This document shows, in pieces, positions 9,585-18,472 of a stretch of 21,779 nt of DNA. The stretch spans positions 62,001 to 83,779 of the forward strand of contig MEDY01000088.1 in NCBI GenBank assembly GCA_001724265.1, in the 5' to 3' direction. Every line of letters begins with the position of its first letter. The first letter of the stretch is position 1. The translations under genes and the position numbers were made by a program. Below the pieces are notes generated by a model, which was not told the origin of the DNA, did not search any database, and saw nothing but the letters and a program-made list of their open reading frames with translations. This stretch comes from Rhizaria sp. SCN 62-66. Lineage: Eukaryota.

Positions 9585-12374
9585 ATGTTGTCTAGTGGCT
9601 CGGTGTGGAATGTAGTGTCCACAGACGGCGTGTGCAAGACGATGCATTAGTATTTGACTGGCATGATGTCACTCTCTCCCAACTACGATGCCACGAAATA
9701 TCATGAGTTGTGGACCGAGATCCGTTTGGGCTCGGTGGGAGCATGTTGTGGCAACGGAAAAACGTACGAGGACCATCTTATGGAGATTCTGGTTGAGTCG
9801 AACTTTGTTACGTTTCTCTCCCAGTCTCTCTGTCCGTTTCAGCTCAGTGGTCAAGATGTCCGGTTGCAGCGTTTACACATCACCAGGATCCTGGACACCT
9901 GCTCAAAATCGACAAAGGTCGGCACGGTGATCTCTGCGTTTGGCATGCTACAGACTTTGCTGACTGCTCTTCGCCACCCAAACATTGGACAGGAAAGTTG
10001 TTTTGCTCTGCCCCTGCTCCGGCTCTTTCGCTGCGCGCGCGCGGCTGTGCCGGCGCAGTCGGTCGCCGAGCGCATCGACACCGCCGACGCGCTGATAACC
10101 GCCGTGCAAAGCAGCAACGCGTCTGCTGCACTACTCCCTGCCTAGAAAACGACTCTGATTATGTTCTGGTGTGACGACATGCTGACTTTGTGTGGCAGCG
10201 GCAGCAGCAATGGCAGCAGCAATGGCAGCGGCAGCGGCAGCGGCAGTGGCAGGAGCAGTGGCAGCGGCAGTGGCAGCAGTGACAATAATCAGGGCCTACA
10301 AACAACTCCGCCGCCGCTGCCGGTGGCCATTGTGGCCTCTGTCATGGGTATTTTGGTTGACTATCTCATGTTTGACAACAAATCCCATGCCGTGTTTCAC
10401 TACGACTCGATCATTCCCGCCGCGCCTTTGCTGAGCGCTCTCTTCCAGTGCAATCAGCATGAGCGTATTAACAGCGACTGTGAGCGTATCGAGAGTGACC
10501 GTGATGCCCGCGACGCTCTGTTGGTCGAGTTTGCGCTCAGCCGCTTGTTTGATCGCGTTTTCGGTGCCCTCCACAAGGTACTTCAGGACTTTCAGCAAAG
10601 AGCGATGCTGTTCCTGCTGATTCGCGTTGCCAGCTTTGACCCTGCTGTTGTAGAACGCATCTTTACCGAATCGAGGTTAAACAACCTTGCGGGGCTGAAC
10701 GTTTTGCCGAAGGAATCCGCCACCCTCTACGCAATTATAATCACGCGTTTGTTGCAAGGACCCCGTGCTGTGGCGCAGCGTGTATTTGCAGCCGCGTCGC
10801 GCTCACCTGGCAGCGTGCGTTACGTGCTGGTAAACAGTGCAGTGAGTGACTTGGACGCTAGTGACTGGCTTGTAGACAAAGAATACGACACCGCGGCTGC
10901 GGAAAGAGCGCGTGAGCGTCTGCCCGCGTATCAAAAGCTGGTCGAAGTCATTGTTGATACCTGGACGGAGGCTGCAATCATCATGCCACTTGATAATGCT
11001 GATAATTTGGTGCCTTGGACGCCTGATTTGTCGCGAATCGAGTCGTTTATTGCTTCGGGTTTACTCAGTGCCGTCTTGGATAGCCCTGATAGCAGCAGCG
11101 CCAGCGTTAGTAGTAGCTCGAGTAGCAGGAGCAGCAGCACTACTATTATGACAGCGCGACTGTTGCGTGTGCTTAGGAAACTAATCGCAAGCACAGAGAC
11201 GGTCGCTCTGTGGGAGCAGCGCGTACGAGGCGAAAAGGTGCCAACAAATCGCTTTGTTGAGTTCTACAGCTCTGACAGTCTGCGGTGCAACATTTTCGAC
11301 CTACTGCTCATGGCAGATTGCACCCTCTGTGACGGTGACAATAACCCCGTGATGCGTGAACTGCTACCAATGCTCTCAGCACCGGAGTGCTGCAAGCTCT
11401 TTTCTAACTCAGAGCGCGAACTTCGCGGGGCTGGGAACTCTGACTGGCGGCGAGCGGTTGAGGATGTGGCGCGCTTTGCTCAGGGCTTTAAGGGCGGCTG
11501 GAGGGAGGCGTTTGACGCATACATTGCGGTAGAGCTTGAGAATCACGGATTCCCTCGTCGCCGCGTTGTTACAAACCTGTTACGTCTCACAACTATGACA
11601 CTTCTGGATACGCCCGCGCCAGTGGTCTCGCACGGCCCACCGACTCCATCTGCGTTGTCGCTGTTGCAGCGGCGCGTGCGACTACTGATGAGGGCAAATT
11701 CATTTAGTTATGTGTGGCAAAGGGAGTTGTCAGTTCGGTTTGATGTACACAACGCCGCTCAGGTCCGGCAAAGCAAGTTTGACCTTATTGTCTCTCCTGA
11801 CAGGGCATATGGTGACGACGATGAGCTTAACTGTCACATTGCGTTCTTCATGCTTGGCTCAAAAGTATGGCAAGGCGCTTTTGCTCAACTACACTCATGT
11901 TGCTTACCCCCCGGTTTGAGCGCTGCAGATGCACCCTTTGTCACACTCTTTTACGGTGATTTCGGCCTTCCCTGTTTCCCACACCATGTCACACTGCCAG
12001 AGACTGACACTGTGTTTGGCGAGTATACGCTCCCCAGTGATATCGACACTCTGACGTACCCCGCTGGCACGGTGCTGCTCCGGTCGCGCTCGCTTTTGCC
12101 AAGCTCGATCCCCTCGCTGCTCTTTGTCGTTTTCAAGCCCTGTCCGGCAACGTTGCTGCGTGGCGCAGTGCCCATTGGACGCGTTGTGGGTTGCGGCAGC
12201 AACGACGTTGCGCTCTCGCAAGCCGACCTGCAGATCAAGGATAGGCCGCCGTTTACAGAGGAGCGTGTGAGCTGGCTTGAGTCGTTTTGCGCTGCGAGGC
12301 GGTGCAGCAAACGCAGCAGAGCAAACTGTGGTGCGCAAGGTACGCTGGTATTTTAGCAACAGGCGCCGTCCTAA
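9585..12374 (+). CDS. Large protein of about 929 codons if TAG is read through: ARM/importin-alpha-like helical region plus a degenerate cyclophilin-like domain; 3' end uncertain
   Basis: ORFs 9279-9650, 9654-10145 and 10161-12356 are all in one frame and separated only by TAG (9648, 10143). ATG at 9585. After the TAG at 12354 the frame ends at tandem TAA TGA (12372-12377). The Leu-rich amphipathic character continues across the TAGs. Cyclophilin-like motifs lie at about 11733-12210. Confidence 0.65.
10194..10280 (+). repeat. Imperfect GGCAGC hexamer array encoding a Gly-Ser linker
   Basis: ggcagcggcagcagcaatggcagc... translates to GSGSSNGSSNGSGSGSGSGRSSGSGSGSS. Confidence 0.85.
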
Positions 12375-12828
12375 TGACGAACCATTACACCCGCTTAAAC
12401 AGCTTATCCGCGCTTATTCAAATTTGTGTGTACAAATGCACATGTACATGCACTGATGCTGCATGCCACCGTCCATACAGTAACCTCGCAAACTTCGTTG
12501 AATCGAGAGCCAAAGATGAGGTCGTATGCTGACATGTTGGTTTCAAATAACAAACTATTCCACTGATGTTGTGTAAATTCGGCGATGTATAATGGAGATA
12601 TTCGTTCAACTCGATAATACGTTACTATGGTTACACAGGTGTACAGTTTTTGCATGTGGTCAGAAGATGCCTTAAGATAACTCCTCTTTTATACACATTG
12701 ATATAGTCACTTGTACCGTTGATTGGGCATTTGTTTTATGAGATCACTATTTTATGAACTTGATAGTCTTGTGTTCTTCAGTCAGGCGAGGCAAAATGCG
12801 TTTCAACCTGTAGTGAGTACGCGCTGTG

Positions 12829-13365
12829 TCAGTTGGACACGTAGTGTGTTGCGACAGCAGCAACCGGCGGTTTGGAGAGGAACTGCTCGTCAGTGAAGAG
12901 CACGTGAGCTGGTTTGGGTTGTTTTGTGCGACGGAGCCGTGCAGCTGCAAAAGCAGTAACGCAGTAAATGGTGGGGCGCAAGATAAGCCGTCAGTCTAAC
13001 TTACCTTGTTTCGCAATCACGCTAAATAGAAAATACGATATCACGTTTAAGCAAGAACCTTGATACAACAAAGACATCAAAATCACAAAATGTTCACTTG
13101 AAAAATGCACTGGACCCAAATCAACATGAGATCGTTTGACAAATGGGTACCTATGATGTAAACATGATTATGATAAAGACTTCTGCAAAACTCGGGCGAA
13201 GACTATAATATGTGTGATTAGCAAGAAAACCATCTGTATTATTGCCGCTAGGTATTACCTGAGATTCCTGTTCTTTCCTCTGGGCGCCTCTGCATCATTG
13301 GCACAACAACGCACACTCAACTGGCGGGCGGTGCGACGCCCCCTGTTCAACTAAAATAACTTCAT
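12829..13365 (-). CDS. Tentative small basic protein of about 79 aa, 3 exons (13365-13259, 13021-13005, 12944-12829); not in the ORF track
   Basis: Donors AG|GTAATA (13258) and AAG|GTAAGT (13004), acceptors TTTTCTATTTAG (13022) and CTTTTGCAG (12945). Spliced frame: MKLF*LNRGRRTARQLSVRCCANDAEAPRGKNRNLSVIAKQAARLRRTKQPKPAHVLFTDEQFLSKPPVAAVATHYVSN then TGA, where * is TAG at 13353-13351. No family recognised. Confidence 0.35.
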
Positions 13366-13590
13366 TTCGCTTCACTCGTATAACACACTCGTACACTCCA
13401 CACAAACGCACTAACACCCGCCTGTACTGACGGATTCAGATAGGACGTACGTACACACGGGTGGGTCTGTGTCTGTTGGATACTGCTGTGGTGACGCGGT
13501 GATGCTTTGCTTGCTTGCTCGCTGAACTCACGGCGCGACCGTGCGCTCGCGGCGAGCACAGCAGCAAGCTGCTCGCGTACAGCAGAGCGC

Positions 13591-14595
13591 TTACTCGTCG
13601 GCCTTGGGCTTGCGGTAGGCAGAGGGCTTGAGGACGCCGATGTAAGGCAGAGTGCGGAACTCCTCGTTGAAGTCCATGCCGTAGCCGACGACGAACTTGT
13701 CCTCAACGGGGAAGCCATTAAAGTCGATGTCGATGGGGGTGAGACGGCGTTCCTCCTTGTTGAGCAGCGTGCACAGCTTCAGCGACGCGGGCTTCTTGCT
13801 CTGCATGTGCTTGAGGATCCACGCAAGCGTGGTTCCGGTGTCGATGAGGTCCTCGACGATGAGCACGTGGGCGCCCTCGATGCTCATGTCCAGGTCCTTC
13901 TTCATGATGACGTTGCCCGTCGTGTGGGTGTCAGCGTAAGAAGAAACGCAGATGAAGTCGATCACGGTCGGCACAGTGAGCTGGCGGATCAGGTCAGCCA
14001 TGAACAGGATCGAGCCCTTGAGGAGGCCGACAGCGACGATACGCTTGCCCTCGTAGTGAGTAGAGATCTCCTGTGAAGCGCGAAGTTGACCGACAAAACA
14101 TAGTGGGAATGTGTCAAGAATGTGGCAAAACCGCATAAATGGATAAAATTTCGAGATGTGAGTGGGCCTTCTTTCGAAAAAACAAGTCTTCATTGCGTTA
14201 TGGTGCGTTATGATCGAGAAATGCAACGCAATGCAAGACCGAAGCGGTGTTTGGGATTTGTGAAGGTTCGACGTACGCGGGCGAGCTCAGTGATACGGGT
14301 CTGGATCTGCTCCGTGGTGAAGAGGATCTCGCCGATCTTAGCGCCAAGCTCCGGGGGAGTGTTGGGGAAGTCCTTGGGACTGCGTGTGGGAATGAAGCAC
14401 GGCGCAGCGAGGTGAGTGGCACAACGGAGGGGACGGAGGGTGACGAGAGGAAAGTGAGTTGAAAAGCGGAACTAAAGCGCATTTGCGAGTGTGTTGACAA
14501 TGCGGGGCTCGTATAGGCAATGCGTTGGCATGAGGAAATGCAAGGCAACGTTAATATTTGGCGCGAAAGACGTACAGGTGGAAGTCCTCAGACAT
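13591..14595 (-). CDS. hpt: Hypoxanthine(-guanine) phosphoribosyltransferase, 200 aa, 3 exons (14595-14576, 14379-14277, 14070-13591)
   Basis: Spliced product MSEDFHLPKDFPNTPPELGAKIGEILFTTEQIQTRITELAREISTHYEGKRIVAVGLLKGS...SSY...VLIVEDLIDTGTTL (PRPP-binding loop)...LLNK...FVVGYGMDFNEEFRTLPYIGVL. Stop TAA. Confidence 0.96.
14071..14276 (-). other. HPRT intron 2, 206 nt, phase 0
   Basis: GTACGT donor, CTTCACAG acceptor; restores the conserved ELAR-EIS. Confidence 0.92.
14380..14575 (-). other. HPRT intron 1, 196 nt, phase 2
   Basis: GTACGT donor, CCCACACGCAG acceptor; links ATG 14595 in frame. Confidence 0.85.
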
Positions 14596-15153
14596 GTGCG
14601 AAGACCTGGAAGCGAGGCAAAACGGGGTTGCGGTTCAGAAGCGGCAAAGATGAGTGAAACGGCCCGCGGGACGCATACAAAATAGAAAATAGAGAGAAAC
14701 CCTTGCAAAGTTTTCCGACACTAAAAAACACTCCCCCCGCCTGGGGGGGTTATCACGATAGCCCCACCATGTCGTCCGCACCGCTCCGCGTCCTGAACAC
14801 CCCGGACCAAAACGGACTGGAGCCGAAGACTGTGGGCCAAATCAAGCCGCTCTTTTGCTCACAGTCATCAATCGGTCTCATGCACAGCTTTCCTCAGTGG
14901 TTCATTTCTTTGTGTGGATCGAAACGGCGTGTGCAAAAGCGTGTTCTCCAAGTGGGTTAAAAGAAATATTGGTATAATACTCATCGATTTTTTTCTTTTT
15001 GGTGTTTATTTTTTGACAGACGTTCATTCTGGCTTGAGCCTGTCCACTTTAGCGACTTCCTCTACCCCCTCACTCTCTCACGTTACCCTTCGCCCTTGGC
15101 TCAGACCTCGCTCATACGCCACAGCGGCTGCCCCTGCACTCCAGCACATCGCC
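14596..15153. promoter_or_regulatory. Probable divergent promoter / 5' UTR region between HPRT and the FYVE-SH3 gene
   Basis: About 560 nt between two head-to-head start codons; inferred from position only, no element identified. Confidence 0.4.
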
Positions 15154-17690
15154 ATGTCCGCCCTACTCGTTGACCCCGACCCGCTGCACGTCGTTGAGGC
15201 CTGGGTCGACCACCTCGGTACGTTTGCATCCGCCTCGATGCATCATCTCGCCTTCGCCTTCACCCCTCTCAACCTTCCCGAATCCCGTTCTGTAGCCGCT
15301 CGCCAACAGCCGTCTTCCGACTGCAATTGATGCCATCGCGTGCTTTTGTGAACGGTTGCTATTTTATTGGTCTGTCATAGTGATTTTTACTTTTCTGTAA
15401 CTCTACATTTGCTCAAATCATCTCACGATCCCTCTGCTCTCTTCTGCTCTCCTCTGTCTCCCTTTGCGCAGACGCGCCGCAATGGGTGAAACGTTCGTCG
15501 ACCAACACGTGCCACCACTGCGAGTCCGTCCTGACGACGGGTTATGACTCGCACTGCCGTCTGTGCGGCCGCATCTACTGCCACTCGTGCACCGCCAAGC
15601 GCCACCTCCCCGTGCGGTTCGAGAAGAAGCTCACCGCCGCGCCCCGCCCCGGTGCGCGCTCCATCCCCATCACCAACGGCTCCGTCTGCGCGCGCGCATG
15701 CCTTGACTGCCTGCGTCAGGTTCAGGCGCGCCGCTAGGCTGTGCTGGCCGAGTGCACCAAGCTCGACCCTTCCTCGCGCCACTGCGTCGAAGTACTCGTC
15801 AAGCGCACGAGCTCCGCGCACTCGCCGGCCATCTCTCCCGTCCTGCACGTCTTCTCCGCCGTCCCTGCCACGGCGACGGCGGCGCAGCTTTACGCGACGC
15901 TGATCAAGGCGCGCCCCGACCTTGCTGACTGCGTGCTCACATGCAAGGGCCGCTACCTCCCGCGCGAGCTGCTCGACGTTGTCACGGCGCGCCACCTCGC
16001 ACCCGTGTTGTACATCGACACAAACGCCTCGCTCACGGTCACCTCGGCGCTGCTGCACTCGGATCTCCCGCGCCTCGACGCCGGCACGCTTGCCACACCC
16101 ACCACCGCGGCCGCTGCCGCCGTCGGAGCCTCCGCCGCAGTCGCGACTCCGTCCCCCGCAGTTGGCGCCGTGACTAGGGGGTCGGCGTCCGTGGGCTTCA
16201 CTCCCGGGTACGCCCCCACGCCGTCCCCGCTCCTGGCGCCCTCCGCAGCGCCAGCGCCCGCGGTGGGCGTGGCTCTCAGCAGCAGCAGCAGCAGCAGCAG
16301 TAGCAGTAGTAGTGCGAGCAGGAGCAGCAGCAGTGCGACGCCTGTGTCTCTGTCAGCCATCGTCGCGGCCAGAGCTGCCGCCTATGCCCAGAACAACAAC
16401 AACAGCAACAATTATGTCACAGCGACGACATCCTCATCATCGTCATCATCGTCTGCGGCGGGGACTGGGGCTGCTCTTGGGGGGCCCGGGATGGGCCTCG
16501 CAGTGCCCCACAATGGTCCCTCCGCTTCAGGCTCCGGCGCGCCCCCGTCCCCTTTACCGAACAACGCCGCCGCTGTTTCGGCTGCGGCGGCCTCGGGGCT
16601 CTACTCGACCATCACGGCCGGCTCCGTCTCTGGCTCCGCGCCCCCGCCCCCGCCGCCGCCGCCGCCCCTCTTTGTCACCGCCCCCGGCGCTGGTGCGGCG
16701 CAGTCTGGCATCTCGTCGCCCATCGCGAGTACCGGCTCGCTGCCCAACACCACGCCCCTCAGCCTGAACGCTGCTGCTGCTGGTGCGCCGCCGCCGCCCC
16801 CGCCGCCGCCGCCGCCGCCGCCCGCGACAGGCCTCCCCAGCGGGCTCGTCGCCCGCTCCCCCACCCACGGCAACTACGCTACGGTCCGCGGCGTCCGGTC
16901 CAACTACGCGACGCTCAACCTCACCAGCGCCGGGGTCAGCGGCGCGGGCACGTCCCCGCGCGCGTCGCCCTCCTTCGGCTCCGGTGCCAGCCCGCCCGGC
17001 AGCGCGGCGGCGGCCGGGACTGGCCAGAGCCAGATGCAGTACGGCTACCGGTCGGTCGGGCCGGCGTCGCACCAGCACGTCGCCGCCGCCGCCGCCGCCG
17101 CCGCGGGCCGCGGTAGTGTAGGCGGGGCGGGGTCCGGCGCCGGTGCCCCGCTGTTCCTGCAGCGCGCAGGCTCAAACACCTCCAACGCCTCCGCCAACGC
17201 GGCTGCCAACGCGCTCGCAGCGCTGTACACCGACCTGGCGCCCGCGCTCAACGCCACGGGCGCCAGCGGCGGCGACGGCGGCAACGGCGGCGGCGCGGCG
17301 GCGAGCAACGGCAGCGGCGCCGGCAGCAGCGGCAGCGGCGGGTCGGGCGGCGCGAGCATAGACATGGCCGCGCTGCGCCTGGCCTCGGCCGCTGGCCAGG
17401 GCCCGCGGTTGACTGACGAGAACGACAAGCCGCTGTTCGGTATATGGGTGCAGGCGAAGTACAACTACTCGTCGGTCAAGGGCGAGGAGTACCTGAGCTT
17501 TGCGCAGGGCGAGATGCTCCGCATCACCAGCCGGTCCTCGGCCATGAACTGGTGGGCCGTCAACAGCTACGGCAAAAAGGGATGGATTCCGCCCTCGTAC
17601 GTCGCAGTGCTCGACGGGCAGGACAAGGAGATCGCGGCTGAGGAGGAGAAGAGGCGCAAGAAGGCCGCGCAAGCCGCCGCCGCGCAGTAA
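15154..17690 (+). CDS. Atypical FYVE-like zinc finger, small possibly ubiquitin-like domain, Pro/Ala/Ser-rich region and C-terminal SH3; about 760 aa, 2 exons (15154-15217, 15472-17690), one internal in-frame TAG at 15735-15737
   Basis: PQWVKR...CHHC...HCRLCGRIYCHSC...RACLDC has FYVE cysteine spacing. Two polyproline runs. SH3 at 17436-17612: VQAKYNY...EYLSFAQGE...NWW...GKKGWIPPSYV. Stop TAA. ORFs 15486-15737 and 15741-17690 are in the same frame. Confidence 0.85.
15218..15471 (+). other. Spliceosomal intron, 254 nt, phase 1
   Basis: G|GTACGT donor; long CT-rich tract then GCGCAG; gives in-frame WVDHLD-APQWV. Confidence 0.85.
16278..16334 (+). repeat. (AGC/AGT)n microsatellite encoding poly-Ser
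   Basis: agcagcagcagcagcagcagcagtagcagtagtagt... Confidence 0.9.
16785..16823 (+). repeat. (CCG)n array encoding polyproline; a second run lies at about 16641-16667
   Basis: ccgccgccgccgcccccgccgccgccgccgccgccgccc. Confidence 0.9.
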
Positions 17691-18472
17691 GCGCAGTACG
17701 CAGTCTCTTTGTAGTGCTTTGCTTTGACTAAAATGAACCTCCGCTATTAGTTTGATGGACGTTTTGTAATAAGTGTACGGATCTGTACTGCGTGCTTTTT
17801 CCGTGGTATAGTGTATAGATAGGTGTAACAAGAGTTATTTTTGCGTTGAATTCGTACGTGTCGCTGTATGCGTATTGTCTAAGTGTTATATATCACCCCG
17901 TAAATATGTTCTGTTTGTAACCTGTGGCTGTCCTGTCTTGCTCTGCTCTTTCTATATCGTTTATTTCGTCGTGTATATGTGTGTGTTTATGACTATGTGA
18001 TGGAGAAAAAGGAACGAATAACGATAGAACAAGAGCAGAAGCGAGTGTACGATTGCCCGAAGGCTTCATGTGTTGACGTCATAAGTGTTGTTTTTGATTT
18101 TGTGTTTTCTCACTCTTGTAGTTTTGACTTTCATAAGATCCTCTCATATTGACGTCGGCGGTGATGATCCTTGCTGATCGGATGTTGATGTGGACTGAAT
18201 TCTGGTAATTCCCCGTGTATTTAGGACTACTCACGCCTCAAATAATACATACATGTTTATATGCTGCTGCATCGTCAACTTAAAGACAAGTGTCACACAT
18301 GGCCCTCTGCTGCGTGACAGGGAGGCTGGCGCCCAGAGAGACGTGAGGGCTACTCTGATGGCCAAATCTTTTGAACACACAGAAGGGTGAATAACCGTAG
18401 TTTGCGAAGGCGCTCGTAACCGTTGCGGTGAAGAAGCGTTGGAACAAAACTAACTTGTTATTTTATCACGGA

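Noticed and set aside
14733-14749. CCCCCC-GCCT-GGGGGG inverted repeat in the divergent promoter region
   Set aside because: Short homopolymer stem that could arise by chance; no second copy seen.
9648-15737. Pseudogenisation, pyrrolysine or ordinary leaky readthrough as the explanation of the internal TAGs
   Set aside because: Random nonsense mutation should also produce TAA/TGA, and the FYVE and SH3 domains are intact. Pyrrolysine is not known in eukaryotes. The three main sites lack the CARYYA readthrough context. Disfavoured but not formally excluded.
15720-15737. 18-nt GT...AG micro-intron removing the TAG (likewise 21-nt and 42-nt options at 9630-9650 and 10104-10145)
   Set aside because: Any upstream Val codon creates such a candidate; the donors do not match the local GTACGY consensus and the well-supported introns are 148-301 nt. 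RNA-seq is needed to exclude it fully.
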